Shown here: piece by piece, positions 39,471 through 50,370 of the stretch | Position numbering within the stretch: the stretch's first letter is position 1 | Layout of the letters: every line of letters starts with the position of its first letter | From: Bdellovibrio sp. | GTDB lineage: Bacteria > Bdellovibrionota > Bdellovibrionia > Bdellovibrionales > Bdellovibrionaceae | Reading direction: 5' to 3' | DNA: 64,000 nt | NCBI GenBank assembly: GCA_036677065.1 | Contig: JAKFBS010000001.1 | Span: forward strand, 416,001 to 480,000 | The notes under the pieces: model-generated | The model's input: the letters and a program-made list of their open reading frames with translations, nothing else | Told to the model about the DNA's origin: nothing | Databases searched by the model: none | Translations under genes and position numbers: made by a program

Positions 39471-40028
39471 TTACTGATTAAAATTTTGATTGCTGCTAGT
39501 TGGAAGAGGAAGATTTGGTGTCTCTTCTTCTTGGCTCGAACCAGGAAGCACAGTCGCTTTTTCAGCTACAACTTTTGAAGTTGCATCCGCCGTATTAAGG
39601 CGAGCAGCTGAAGCTACGCGGTTTTCCAAGTTTTGCTTAAGATCATCAGTTGATGCTCTTTCAACATTTACAGTTACAGCAGCTTGTTTAGTCATGTAGT
39701 CGATTGGGAATGCACCCAATTTAGCTAAATAACTAGAAATGCTTCCGTTACCATGTTGAATGATTTCGCGTAATGTGAAAAGCGGAGCGTACTGAGAAGC
39801 TTTTTTCTCTGATTCAAAAATGATCTGAGTTAAAGTTGCTGCAGTAATATCATTTTTCGACTTATTGTCGATAACCATCACTTCTTCGTTAGAGCGAATC
39901 ATCTTCGCGATATCATCCAGCGTTACGTAACAGCTTTGTTTAGTGTCATAAAGCTTACGATTTTGATAGCGCTTGATAATCTTAACTTTTGCGCTTGGTT
40001 TTGTGTTCAAACTATCCATTTGATTCAT
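39471..40028 (-). CDS. PhaR-like DNA-binding domain protein (PHB accumulation regulator N-terminal domain)
   Basis: IIKRYQNRKLYDTKQSCYVTL…DITAATLTQIIFE; start behind GGAGG. Confidence 0.85.
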   Translation of the reverse strand: MNQMDSLNTKPSAKVKIIKRYQNRKLYDTKQSCYVTLDDIAKMIRSNEEVMVIDNKSKNDITAATLTQIIFESEKKASQYAPLFTLREIIQHGNGSISSYLAKLGAFPIDYMTKQAAVTVNVERASTDDLKQNLENRVASAARLNTADATSKVVAEKATVLPGSSQEEETPNLPLPTSSNQNFNQ

Positions 40029-40142
40029 CACAACGGCCTCCATTTGCCAGGTTATTACCTTAATTTCAGACCTTAAAGAGCTAAACAAGATGAAGATTTC
40101 TAAAGCCTAAAACTGAAGCTTTTCGCCTATTTATTCGATGGC

Positions 40143-40171
40143 AAGTTAGCCCTGGCGCCACCCTATGTCAA
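40143..40171 (-). promoter_or_regulatory. Putative sigma70 promoter for the phaR-like gene
   Basis: TTGACA-N17-TAACTT. Confidence 0.65.
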
Positions 40172-40401
40172 GTAAGTCGACAGTTTATATAAGTGAATAG
40201 GTTAAATGACAAAGTATGCCTAAATGCCTTATAATTAAGGTCATTTTTACCCTACCCAAGATGAAATAAAACTTAGTATTTTCATATACTTAGATATAAA
40301 TAAAAAATGGTCTAGTTTTTTCTTAAATTTTTCTTAAAAGCCGTTGACTCAAATTTTGGGGTCTAGTTTTGCGAAATCATCACACATTCCAACGCCCTAG
40401 A

Positions 40402-40431
40402 CTCGAGCATCTGAGCGGTTTCTGCCGATAA
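40402..40431 (+). promoter_or_regulatory. Putative sigma28/FliA promoter
   Basis: CTCGAG-N16-GCCGATAA. Confidence 0.55.
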
Positions 40432-40451
40432 ATCCCGTAATAGGAGTGTTC

Positions 40452-42275
40452 ATGAAAACTCTCAAAATTTCGGGCGTACTAAGTTTGTTTTTTATCACAG
40501 CGTGTGTTTCGACACCGTACCCCTACTATGACTCATCAATGAATGATCACAATCGTGCACCGGCATCACTTGGTGTTCCGCAAAGTGCGTCAGAGATTGA
40601 TGAAAGTAGTGTTGAAAAACAAGCGCAGGCAGATTTTTTATTTTTAAAAGCAGATTTAGAATCATCAGATGGCGAACAAGCGTCATCAATCGAAAATTTA
40701 AAATCAGCAATTCAGATAGATCCAGATTCTGTAGTTTTGATGCAGAAGCTTTCTGTTGAGTATTATAAAAAAGGTCAAGTAACTGACGCCATCTATTGGA
40801 TTTCAAAAGCTTTAGATAAAGACCCCAAAAGAAAAGACAATCTTTTGTTGTTTGGTTCGATGTTAATGGCCAAAAAAGAATTCGATAAAGCTGAAGTAGC
40901 TTATAGCAAAATTGTAAAGAGTTACCCAAATGATGCAGAAGCTTATTTGTACTTAGGGGCCTTACACTCTGAAAAAAACGATTTCGCAAAAGCACATAAG
41001 TATTTTAGCAAAGTGATCACAATCGGCACTTATGAGCCAAAACATTTACCGTATTACTATCGTGCGCGTTCAATTTTAGATTCTGGCAAAAAAGAATTAT
41101 TTGGCTCGGCAAAAAAAGATTTAACTAAAGTTTTTGAGCAAAAACCGGATTTTTTAGAAGCGATTCAGATATATTCAAGCATCATTGAAAAAACCGAAGG
41201 TAAACAAGCGGTTTTTAAATTCTATATTGATTATCAAAAAAAATACGGATCAGTGACTCGTTTAGCTGAAGTCTTGTCACAATATTATATTGAAAAAGAT
41301 CAATACGATAAAGCTTACGAACAATTAGAGTTTATCGAAGCTAACACTGATGATCCAATTCAGGTTAAATTAAAAATGGCTTTAATCCTAATCGATAAAA
41401 AGAATTATGGTAAGGCGATGACTAAACTTGAAGAGTTAAATGTGGTTGTGCCCGAGTCAGATAAAGTGAAATTCTATTTATCTGCTGTTTATGAAGAATT
41501 AAAACAACCAGAAAAAGCTATTCAAAGTTATTTGTCGATTCAGCCTACAAGCAATCATTATGATGATGCTCGTGTGCGCGCTGCGTTTTTACTTAAGAAT
41601 ACACAACAATTAGATAAAGCTTTAAAAACAATGAAAGACGCTGTAGCCAATAAAAAAGAAAATTTACAGCTTCATTTTATGTTAGCACAGATCCAAGAAG
41701 ACAGTACTCAGTATACCGACGCTGTTGTAACTTTAAAAAAAGCTGATGATCAGTTTCCAAAAAACACGCAAGTGCATTACTTTTTAGGAACACTGTATGA
41801 TCGTCTTGAGAAAAAAGATTTAATGCTTAAACATATGCGCCAAGCGGTAAATTATGATGAAAAAAATCATCAAGCTATGAATTACGTAGCGTATTCGATC
41901 ACTGAAATGGGTGGCGATTTAGCTGAAGCTGAACAATTAGCTTTAAAAGCCTATTCATTACAAAAAGATGATGCGTTTATTATCGATACACTAGGTTGGG
42001 TGTATTACAAAAAAGGCGAATACGTAAAAGCTTTAAATTATATCGAAAAAGCTCATGAACTTTCACCAGATGTCGGTGTGATTGCCGAGCACTTGGGTGA
42101 TGTGTATTTAAAACTTCAAAAAGATGATAAAGCACGTAACGCTTATTTAAGAGCGCGTAAAGAAGAAAAAGACACTGCTCGCCTGAAAACTTTAGACGGA
42201 AAAATCACTTCGCTTGAACAATTGGATTCGTCTTCGAAACGTAGCCCAGCTGCGTCTGATACTTCTTACCCATAA
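40452..42275 (+). CDS. TPR-repeat lipoprotein
   Basis: Lipobox ITAC; many TPR helices; AMNYVAYS…IIDTLGWVYYKKG…EHLGDVY. Confidence 0.9.
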   Translation: MKTLKISGVLSLFFITACVSTPYPYYDSSMNDHNRAPASLGVPQSASEIDESSVEKQAQADFLFLKADLESSDGEQASSIENLKSAIQIDPDSVVLMQKLSVEYYKKGQVTDAIYWISKALDKDPKRKDNLLLFGSMLMAKKEFDKAEVAYSKIVKSYPNDAEAYLYLGALHSEKNDFAKAHKYFSKVITIGTYEPKHLPYYYRARSILDSGKKELFGSAKKDLTKVFEQKPDFLEAIQIYSSIIEKTEGKQAVFKFYIDYQKKYGSVTRLAEVLSQYYIEKDQYDKAYEQLEFIEANTDDPIQVKLKMALILIDKKNYGKAMTKLEELNVVVPESDKVKFYLSAVYEELKQPEKAIQSYLSIQPTSNHYDDARVRAAFLLKNTQQLDKALKTMKDAVANKKENLQLHFMLAQIQEDSTQYTDAVVTLKKADDQFPKNTQVHYFLGTLYDRLEKKDLMLKHMRQAVNYDEKNHQAMNYVAYSITEMGGDLAEAEQLALKAYSLQKDDAFIIDTLGWVYYKKGEYVKALNYIEKAHELSPDVGVIAEHLGDVYLKLQKDDKARNAYLRARKEEKDTARLKTLDGKITSLEQLDSSSKRSPAASDTSYP

Positions 42276-42780
42276 TATGACTTAATACATAGGCTGCAAC
42301 GATAGCGTAATCAACGCTAAGGAGTTGCAGCAATAATGTCGCGATCAGAAAAAACACCGTTAGTTTAAAAAAATAAAATTTACGAACTTTAATTTGCTGA
42401 ATATTTTCTAAAAATACCGCGGTGATGTTTGCGTCTTTGTTATAATCCAGAAAAAATGAAATTCCGAATAACAAAACAGCAAAGGCCACGAGCAAATGCA
42501 ATAACCCCGCAAAAACTAAAAGAAATAAGTTTAATTCTTTCAAATAAATATTTGAAAATGATGCCACAGCACCCAGAAAGAAGAACATGGGTAGCAAAGT
42601 TAATGAGTGAATCAAACAATCGATTTGCGATTTTTTGCTAAATTCGGTTTGCCACAAATAAAGACCCATTTGTTGCCACAGTATAATCAATAATATTGAT
42701 CCGCCGGGGATATCGGCTAACCACAGCATAAGAAAACTCGCTGCGTATAAAGAATAATGTTTTAATTTTAATTCTCTCAT
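42205..42780 (-). CDS. Hypothetical multi-pass membrane protein
   Basis: Highly hydrophobic 191-aa ORF filling the gap between two plus-strand genes. Confidence 0.55.
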   Translation of the reverse strand: MRELKLKHYSLYAASFLMLWLADIPGGSILLIILWQQMGLYLWQTEFSKKSQIDCLIHSLTLLPMFFFLGAVASFSNIYLKELNLFLLVFAGLLHLLVAFAVLLFGISFFLDYNKDANITAVFLENIQQIKVRKFYFFKLTVFFLIATLLLQLLSVDYAIVAAYVLSHIMGKKYQTQLGYVSKTNPIVQAK

Positions 42781-42796
42781 CTACACTAGATAGTAT

Positions 42797-43447
42797 ATGC
42801 AAAAATATTCATTCACAAATCTTGTTTTGATGTTCGCGGTTCTGATCAGCTTTTTTATGGCGGGTTGTGCAGGCACGCAAGAAAAGCCACAAGCCGGTGA
42901 TATTAAGTATGTTGAAAGTAAGGCTCTTATCGAAGATAAGACAAAAAACTCTTCGAATTCGGCGTCGATTGATTTGTTTTATTTGCAAGACAATGTCATT
43001 CGCATGGAAGTGACCGCTCTTTTGGGTTACCGCCTTGGTAGCTTAGTTATGAATTCACAAAAAGTAGCTTACGCTCTTCACCCGCAAAAAGCATTTGTTG
43101 AAGGTCCTTTTGCCGCACGCACGATGAAGCCGTTATTTCGCCAGGATTTAGACCCACGTTTGATTTGGGCCGTAGTGTTTGACCGCGATCTAAAAACCTT
43201 CGGCTTTAACTGCAATACCGTAGCAAAAACACAGACTTGTCTAGGAACTGGCGCCACTGAAGGGGTATCGGTCACACTTCAACACGTGGGCGAAAGCGAG
43301 ACCGGGCCGTTAAAGAAAATCACCATAGAAAACGCGAAGTTAAAGTTTGTTTGGCTCTATAAAGCGATTAAGAAACATAATAAGTCTTATAACGAGACCT
43401 TTGTCCTGAATAAGCCAGAAGAATATCGTCTAATCACTATAAAATAA
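42797..43447 (+). CDS. LolB-like/DUF4292-like lipoprotein
   Basis: Lipobox MAGC; IRMEVTALLG; position after the TPR gene. Confidence 0.55.
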   Translation: MQKYSFTNLVLMFAVLISFFMAGCAGTQEKPQAGDIKYVESKALIEDKTKNSSNSASIDLFYLQDNVIRMEVTALLGYRLGSLVMNSQKVAYALHPQKAFVEGPFAARTMKPLFRQDLDPRLIWAVVFDRDLKTFGFNCNTVAKTQTCLGTGATEGVSVTLQHVGESETGPLKKITIENAKLKFVWLYKAIKKHNKSYNETFVLNKPEEYRLITIK

Positions 43448-43541
43448 TTTTACTTCGCTAACCGAAATAACAACGGGCATAATCTAAGTATGAAGCTCTC
43501 ACTTTTATCTCAAAGTGAGGCACTTATGGAGGAGAACCACT

Positions 43542-45620
43542 ATGTCGTCTTCTATTAATCTTCGCACCCTGGTTGAAAAGCATCAACAGGCCAGCAATAA
43601 GAAAACAGCCTCGCATTGGACGGGTACTTTTAATGAGTATTTAGAGCTAGTGAAAAAAAATCCTAAGTTATCCAGAAACGCCTACCAGCGTATGTATGAC
43701 ATGATTATCGAAGCCGGCACTGAAGAGTACGTGGATTTCAAAAAACATGTTATTCGCTATAAATTTTTTGATGATAAACCAAATAACGGCAAAGACGCTA
43801 TTTTTGGTTTAGATGTTCAGTTAATGAAATTCGTAAACATTCTTAAGGCGGCGTCTTTAGGATACGGAACTGAAAAACGCGTGATCTTACTTCACGGACC
43901 AGTAGGTTCTGCAAAGTCTTCGATCTGCCGTGTACTAAAAAAAGGTTTAGAAGAATATTCGCACACAGACACTGGTGCGCTATTTACTTTTGAATGGGTG
44001 ATTGAAGATGCGAAGCTTTCGCACTTACTTGGCAAAGACACAAAAGTTTTTCCAACACCGATGAATGAAGAGCCACTATGGTTAATTCCAGATGATATGC
44101 GCCAAACAGTGTCGGATGAAATCAATCGTTCGCAAGACGGTGATTACCGCGTAAAAATCACGGGTGAATTATGCCCCCCATCTCGCTTTATCTTTAAACA
44201 TTTAATGGATCACTACGAAGGTGATCTGATGAAGGTTTTAAATCACGTGCGTGTAAAACGTATGTTTATCTCTGAAGCTGACCGCGTAGGTATTGGTACC
44301 TTCCAGCCAAAAGATGAAAAGAATCAGGATTCGACAGAGTTAACCGGTGATATTAATTACCGTAAAATTGCAGAATATGGTTCAGATTCAGATCCGCGCG
44401 CATTTAACTTCGACGGTGAATTCAACGTGGCCAATCGCGGGATGATTGAATTCGTCGAGGTTCTGAAATTAGATGTGGCCTTCTTATACGATTTATTAGG
44501 AGCTTCACAAGAGCACAGAATTAAACCTAAAAAATTCGCGCAAACTTATATCGATGAAGTGATCATTGGTCATACCAATGAGCCCGAGTACAGAAGACTT
44601 CAAGATAATGAATTTATGGAGGCCTTACGCGATCGTACTGTTAAAGTCGACGTGCCGTATATCACTCGTTTAAAGCAAGAAGTGAATATCTATAAAAAAG
44701 ATTTCAACTCGCAAAAATTGCGTGGAATCTCAATTGCTCCCCATACGATCGAAATGGCTGCAATGTGGGCGATTTTAACCCGTTTAGAAAAACCGAAAAA
44801 AGCAAACTTAACAAGATTGCAAAAACTAAAATTATATAACGGTAAAACTTTAGCGAATTACACTGAAGATAACGTAAAAGAATTACGCAAAGAAACTTTA
44901 CGTGAAGGTTTAGACGGTATTTCTCCTCGTTATATCCAGGATAAATTATCAAACGCTCTTGTTATGGCCCAGCAGATGAACAAAGGTTCTGTGAATCCAT
45001 TTATGGTGATGAATGAATTAGAGAGTGGTTTAAAAAATCACTCATTAATTTCAGATGAAGAGAAAAAAACAGAATACCGTGAATTACTTGGTGTTGTAAA
45101 ACAAGAGTACGAAGAAATCATTAAAGGTGAGGTTCAACGTGCGATCAGTGCTGATGACAGTGCTTTACAACGTTTATGTGCAAATTACATTGATAGCGTT
45201 AAAGCTTACACGCAAAAAGAAAAAGTTCGTAACCAGTTTACCGGACAGGATGACGATCCAGATGAAAGACTAATGCGCGCGATTGAGGAAAAAATCGAAA
45301 TTCCTGAATCACGCAAAGACGACTTCCGTAGAGAGATCATGAATTACATTGGGGCTCTGTCATTAGATGGTAAGAAATTTAATTACAAAATGAACGAACG
45401 TCTTCATAAAGCTTTAGAATTAAAACTTTTCGAAGATCAAAAAGACAGTATCAAATTAACGTCTTTAGTCAGTTCAGTGACAGATAAAGACACGCAGGAA
45501 AAAATTGAAATCGTTAAATCCCGTTTGATTAAAGACTTTGGATATGACGAAATTTCTGCAACCGATGTTTTACATTACGTAGCCAGCATCTTCGCCCGCG
45601 GAGATGTGAAAAAGCAATAG
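43542..45620 (+). CDS. prkA: PrkA/YeaG AAA-type serine protein kinase
   Basis: [49 protein letters not shown]. Confidence 0.95.
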   Translation: MSSSINLRTLVEKHQQASNKKTASHWTGTFNEYLELVKKNPKLSRNAYQRMYDMIIEAGTEEYVDFKKHVIRYKFFDDKPNNGKDAIFGLDVQLMKFVNILKAASLGYGTEKRVILLHGPVGSAKSSICRVLKKGLEEYSHTDTGALFTFEWVIEDAKLSHLLGKDTKVFPTPMNEEPLWLIPDDMRQTVSDEINRSQDGDYRVKITGELCPPSRFIFKHLMDHYEGDLMKVLNHVRVKRMFISEADRVGIGTFQPKDEKNQDSTELTGDINYRKIAEYGSDSDPRAFNFDGEFNVANRGMIEFVEVLKLDVAFLYDLLGASQEHRIKPKKFAQTYIDEVIIGHTNEPEYRRLQDNEFMEALRDRTVKVDVPYITRLKQEVNIYKKDFNSQKLRGISIAPHTIEMAAMWAILTRLEKPKKANLTRLQKLKLYNGKTLANYTEDNVKELRKETLREGLDGISPRYIQDKLSNALVMAQQMNKGSVNPFMVMNELESGLKNHSLISDEEKKTEYRELLGVVKQEYEEIIKGEVQRAISADDSALQRLCANYIDSVKAYTQKEKVRNQFTGQDDDPDERLMRAIEEKIEIPESRKDDFRREIMNYIGALSLDGKKFNYKMNERLHKALELKLFEDQKDSIKLTSLVSSVTDKDTQEKIEIVKSRLIKDFGYDEISATDVLHYVASIFARGDVKKQ

Positions 45621-45631
45621 TAGGAGACTGA

Positions 45632-46741
45632 ATGCCCATTCGCGAGGACCAAAACCGATTTAAAAGTATTGTAAAAGGTAAGGTCCGTGACGACTTTAAA
45701 AAATACGTCACGAATGGGGAACTGATCGGCAAACGCGAAGACGAATTCGTAAAAATTCCACTTCCGCGTATTGATATTCCTACTTTTCGTTATGGCCCCA
45801 AACAAGATCAGCAGGGTGTTGGGCAGGGTGAAGGCGAAGGCGATCCGCAACAGGGTCAGGGCCAAGGCCAACCAGGCTCTGGCAAAGGCGAAGCCGGCGA
45901 AAATCCCGGCGAGCACATGCTTGAAGTTGAAATCAGTCTTGAAGAGCTGGCCGAAATTTTAGGTGAAAAGTTACAGCTTCCACGTATTTTACCCAAAGGC
46001 ACTGCGAACTTAGTGACTGAAAAAACGCGTTACTCGGGCATTGCCCCGGTGGGGCCTGAAGGACTTCGAAAATTCAAACAAACTTATAAAAAAGCGTTAT
46101 CACGTTATATTTCTTCGGGAAATTATAATCCAGATGATCCGGTGATTATCCCGATCAGAAGTGATTACCAGTATCGCACGATGAAAAAAACGCAGAAGCC
46201 GCACACAAAAGCTGTCGTCATCTATATGATGGATGTGTCGGGTTCAATGGGTGAAGAGCAAAAAGAGATCGTTAGATTAGAATCTTTTTGGATCAACACC
46301 TGGCTTAAAAAACATTATAAAGGCTTGGATACCCGCTTTATCATTCACGATGCGGCGGCAAAAGAAGTCGATGAAAACACTTTTTTTAAAACCAGTGAAT
46401 CAGGCGGTACGTTAATTAGTTCGGCTTACAAACTTTGCCAGCAAATTATCGATGCAGAATACCCGGCCGATGAATGGAATATTTATCCCTTTCATTTTTC
46501 AGATGGTGATAACTGGAGCGGTGAAGACACAAGATTATGTGTTCAACTGATCAAAGAATACTTTTTACCTCGCGTGAATGTATTTTCTTATGGCCAAGTT
46601 GAAAGTAAATACGGTAGCGGGCAGTTTTTAAAAGATCTACAAAAAGAATTTGGCGATGATGACCAAGTTACTTTAAGCCAAATTGAATCGCGCGATAAGA
46701 TTTTAGATTCTATTAAAGATTTCTTAGGTAAAGGCAAATAG
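45632..46741 (+). CDS. yeaH: YeaH/YhbH (DUF444) vWA-like protein
   Basis: MMDVSGSM, SESGGT, YPFHFSDGDNW. Confidence 0.92.
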   Translation: MPIREDQNRFKSIVKGKVRDDFKKYVTNGELIGKREDEFVKIPLPRIDIPTFRYGPKQDQQGVGQGEGEGDPQQGQGQGQPGSGKGEAGENPGEHMLEVEISLEELAEILGEKLQLPRILPKGTANLVTEKTRYSGIAPVGPEGLRKFKQTYKKALSRYISSGNYNPDDPVIIPIRSDYQYRTMKKTQKPHTKAVVIYMMDVSGSMGEEQKEIVRLESFWINTWLKKHYKGLDTRFIIHDAAAKEVDENTFFKTSESGGTLISSAYKLCQQIIDAEYPADEWNIYPFHFSDGDNWSGEDTRLCVQLIKEYFLPRVNVFSYGQVESKYGSGQFLKDLQKEFGDDDQVTLSQIESRDKILDSIKDFLGKGK

Positions 46742-46742
46742 C

Positions 46743-48266
46743 ATGGCAAATTTATCTCTTGAGTTAGAAGCAGAACGAAAAAAGATCAGCCAAGTCGCAA
46801 AAAATGTCGGTCTTGATTGTTTTGAAACTATTTTTGAAATGGTTAACTTCGATCAGATCTCGCAATTCGCCAGTTATGGCGGTTTTCCCGTGCGTTATCC
46901 ACACTGGCGCTTTGGTATGGAGTACGAACAACTTTCAAAATCTTATGAATACGGTTTATCTAAAATCTATGAAATGGTGATTAACACTGATCCTTGTTAT
47001 GCCTACTTGATGGAAGGCAATTCTATGATGGATCAGAAGCTTGTGATGGCTCACGTTTACGGCCACTGTGACTTTTTTAAAAATAATATTTGGTTTTCTA
47101 AAACAAATCGCAAAATGATGGATCAAATGGCCAATCATGCCACACGCATTCGTCAATACATTGATCGTCACGGTTATGAAGAGGTCGAAAAATTCATCGA
47201 TCTTTGTTTAAGTTTAGAAAATTTAATTGATCGTTATTCGATTTTAAATGGCCCGTCACAGTTTACTGAGAAAAAACCACAGGTGCGTGAATCTGATTTC
47301 GTGTTTCAGGTCGAAAAATCCTACATGAAAAATTACATCAATCCGCCAGATGTGGTGGCAGAGTTTAAAAAAGACCAAATGCAAAAGATGGCCGACAAGG
47401 CCCAGTTTCCAGCCGACCCAGTTCGCGATATCTTAACATTTTTGATACATTATGCGCCACTTGAAGAGTGGCAGCAGGATGTTTTGTCGATCATTAAAGA
47501 TGAATCTTACTATTTTGCCCCGCAAGGAATGACTAAAACGATGAACGAAGGCTGGGCGTCGTACTGGCATTCGCACATTATGACTAAGCATATTTTAAAT
47601 GATTCAGAGATTATCGATTTCGCTGATCATCACGCTGGAGCCATGTTTATGAAAATTGGCGGGTATAATCCGTACAAAGTAGGCATCGAACTGATGCGAG
47701 AAATCGAAGAAAGATGGAATAAAGGAAAATTCGGTCGCGATTGGGAAGAGTGCGATGATGTTAATGAGCGTAAACACTGGGATAAAAAGTTAAATTTAGG
47801 GCGTGAGAAGATCTTTGAAGTTCGCAAAATTTATAATGACGTGACATTTATTGACGAGTTTTTAACAGAAGACTTTTGCATTCGAAACAAAATGTTCGTC
47901 TATAAAATGAATAAAGAAACCGGTCGTTTTGAAGTGGATACCCGTGATTTCAAGGCCATCAAGGCGCAGCTCTTGTTTCAATTAACGAATTTCGGACAGC
48001 CCATTATCAGAATCGAAAACGCAAATTTTGAAAATCGCGGCGAACTTTTATTAAGACACGTTCATGAAGGCTTGGATTTGCAGCCTAATTATATGGACGC
48101 TACAATGAAAAACTTAAACAAACTGTGGAAGCGTCCGGTAAATATGATTACGGTTATGGATAACGAGCCGCAGCTTTTCAGATTCGACGGTAAGGAATAT
48201 ACCAAACACAGCTTAACAGAAAATAACAATTCTCAGGCTGAGCCGTCTCGCAAAGATTCAGAATAG
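46743..48266 (+). CDS. spoVR: SpoVR/YcgB family protein
   Basis: RYPHWRFG, KIYEMVIN, AHVYGHCDFFKNN, TKTMNEGWASYWH. Confidence 0.95.
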   Translation: MANLSLELEAERKKISQVAKNVGLDCFETIFEMVNFDQISQFASYGGFPVRYPHWRFGMEYEQLSKSYEYGLSKIYEMVINTDPCYAYLMEGNSMMDQKLVMAHVYGHCDFFKNNIWFSKTNRKMMDQMANHATRIRQYIDRHGYEEVEKFIDLCLSLENLIDRYSILNGPSQFTEKKPQVRESDFVFQVEKSYMKNYINPPDVVAEFKKDQMQKMADKAQFPADPVRDILTFLIHYAPLEEWQQDVLSIIKDESYYFAPQGMTKTMNEGWASYWHSHIMTKHILNDSEIIDFADHHAGAMFMKIGGYNPYKVGIELMREIEERWNKGKFGRDWEECDDVNERKHWDKKLNLGREKIFEVRKIYNDVTFIDEFLTEDFCIRNKMFVYKMNKETGRFEVDTRDFKAIKAQLLFQLTNFGQPIIRIENANFENRGELLLRHVHEGLDLQPNYMDATMKNLNKLWKRPVNMITVMDNEPQLFRFDGKEYTKHSLTENNNSQAEPSRKDSE

Positions 48267-48360
48267 AACTTTACAATTCTTAACAGATCTTTGTTGTCTC
48301 ACTTCGACTCGGAAATGACGAATTTTCATTTTTTCGCATAGCTAATTTACAATTTAGTGT

Positions 48361-48774
48361 ATGATTTATCTATTGGGCGAGAGTCCTCTAGCGGAAATGG
48401 AACGTAATCTGGATAATAAAAACCGCGTCTTAGTCTACAGCGATGATCCAAAAGATCAGGCGATAATGTCGGGTGACGGCGAAAGAAAAGCTTTCGAAGC
48501 CCAACAAAAAGCCCTGGTCGCTGAAAAGAAGTTTGTGATTGTTTTTCGAATCGAGAAGAACGGTCGCGGCGGCAAGACGGTGACGGTTTTAGATCAATTA
48601 CCTGCGTACGATCCATTCCTGAAAGAATTAACTAAAGAATTGAAAGCTAAATGCGGCGTCGGTGGAATGCATTTCATCGAAAATGGAAAAGGCTGCATTG
48701 AGATTCAAGGCGATAAGCGGGATGCGATTAAAAAGATATTGGATGTCAAAACCATGAAGTACAAAGGGGCCTAA
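48361..48774 (+). CDS. yciH: SUI1-family translation initiation factor (start may be 48397)
   Basis: KNGRGGKTVT…LKAKCGVGG…IEIQGD. Confidence 0.85.
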   Translation: MIYLLGESPLAEMERNLDNKNRVLVYSDDPKDQAIMSGDGERKAFEAQQKALVAEKKFVIVFRIEKNGRGGKTVTVLDQLPAYDPFLKELTKELKAKCGVGGMHFIENGKGCIEIQGDKRDAIKKILDVKTMKYKGA

Positions 48775-48777
48775 TAA

Positions 48778-49485
48778 ATGAATAAAGTCGTCATCATTGA
48801 TGATCTTGTTGATAGTTGCTCAGTGATCGCTGAAATTCTCAGTCCGTATTTTGAGTGTAAGACAACATCTGAATCGTATTCAGCATTAGAGTTAATTTTA
48901 GAGTTTAAACCAAATATCGTTCTAATGGATTACCAAATGCCACGTTTGAACGGGGCCGAATTATGCAAGAATTTAAAAGAGAACCCGCAAACTAAAGATA
49001 TCCCGATTATTTTTATGTCTGGTGTGGCCACAGAAGATGAACGCGTTGAAACTTTAGAATTAGGTGGCGATGATTTTATTGCTAAGCCTTTTCATCCTAA
49101 AGAATTAATTCTTCGTCTGAAAAAGCGTATTCAGGGTTACACAGTTAAACAGCCCGTGGATAATGGGATTGTGATCGCAAATATCAATGCGGCTACATTA
49201 ACTGTGGGTAATTTAAGAATGAATTTAAATTCACGTTTAGTGTATGTGAATGAACGTGAAATTACGTTAACTCCAAAACAGTTCGAAATTTTAAAGCTGT
49301 TGATTGAAAATCAGAACCATCTGGTATCCCGCAGCACTTTTATGGAAGAAGTCTGGGGCCATTTTGAAGTGACTCCGCGAAATGTGGATTCGCAGATTAA
49401 TTACCTGAAAAAGAAAATCGAAGGATTTCAGGGAATTATCACTGCAGTACCTAGTTTTGGTTACAGATTAGACCATAAAAATTAA
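48778..49485 (+). CDS. OmpR-family response regulator
   Basis: IIDD…MDYQMP…KPF; winged helix LTPKQFEIL…VWG…RNVDSQI…GYRL. Confidence 0.92.
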   Translation: MNKVVIIDDLVDSCSVIAEILSPYFECKTTSESYSALELILEFKPNIVLMDYQMPRLNGAELCKNLKENPQTKDIPIIFMSGVATEDERVETLELGGDDFIAKPFHPKELILRLKKRIQGYTVKQPVDNGIVIANINAATLTVGNLRMNLNSRLVYVNEREITLTPKQFEILKLLIENQNHLVSRSTFMEEVWGHFEVTPRNVDSQINYLKKKIEGFQGIITAVPSFGYRLDHKN

Positions 49486-49560
49486 AATGAGCTTCGGGGC
49501 GAAAATCTCCGGAGCCGATCAGGGATTGATCTTAGAGATAAAAGTTAGTTAAATGTAGCC

Positions 49561-50370
49561 ATGAAAACTACAAAACTAATTTTACTCACTCTTACTTTTA
49601 TTATTCTCAGTTGTAAAACTAGCCCTGAATCTGCAGGGATTAGTGAAGAAGAAATCAATGCGGAAGCCGCCAAAGCCTACGCTCAGGTTAAATCCAAAGC
49701 AAAAATTTCAACAAATCAAGAATGGACCGCGATGGTTAATCGCGTAGCTAAACGTATCGCATTAGCTTCAGGTAAACCGTATAATTGGGAAGTCATGCTG
49801 ATCGATGACCCTCAGGTCAATGCGTGGTGTATGCCTGGTGGTAAGATGGCGGTTTATACCGGTATATTGCCAGTTGTAAAAACTGAAGCAGCCTTGGCCG
49901 CAGTTATGGGTCATGAAGTGGCGCATGCAACATTAAGACATGGGCTTGCACATTACGCTCGTGCGAAACAAAGCAATATGATTGGTGCGGTTGTTGGTGT
50001 CGGAACAATCTTAGCCGGCGAACTTCTGTGTAAAACTGATTCTTGTAAAAAGTGGGCGCAAATAGGCGGCGTGGCCGGTGGGTTTGCGGTTGCTTTCTTT
50101 GATATGAAATTTTCGCGTGAAGATGAATCTTCGGCTGATAAAGAAGGTCAAATATTCATGGCAGATGCCGGTTATGAGCCAAGTGAATCAATTAAACTTT
50201 GGGAGCGTATGGGCGCTGCAGCTGGAGGGGGAAAGCCTCCAGAAATCTTATCGACACATCCGTCTGATTCAACTCGTCGTGGTAATTTAACAAGTTGGTT
50301 ACCTGCGGCTCAAGCCAGATATCAAGCGGCTCCGCAAAAATTTGGTTTAGGTGCCACGATCATTAAGTAG
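49561..50370 (+). CDS. M48 metallopeptidase lipoprotein
   Basis: Lipobox ILSC; NAWCMPGG, GHEVAH, FSREDE, LSTHP. Confidence 0.92.
   Translation: MKTTKLILLTLTFIILSCKTSPESAGISEEEINAEAAKAYAQVKSKAKISTNQEWTAMVNRVAKRIALASGKPYNWEVMLIDDPQVNAWCMPGGKMAVYTGILPVVKTEAALAAVMGHEVAHATLRHGLAHYARAKQSNMIGAVVGVGTILAGELLCKTDSCKKWAQIGGVAGGFAVAFFDMKFSREDESSADKEGQIFMADAGYEPSESIKLWERMGAAAGGGKPPEILSTHPSDSTRRGNLTSWLPAAQARYQAAPQKFGLGATIIK

Noticed and set aside
43542..48266. prkA-yeaH-spoVR as evidence of sporulation or a novel system
   Set aside because: Widespread trio in non-sporulating bacteria; no sigma54 element seen linking it to the island
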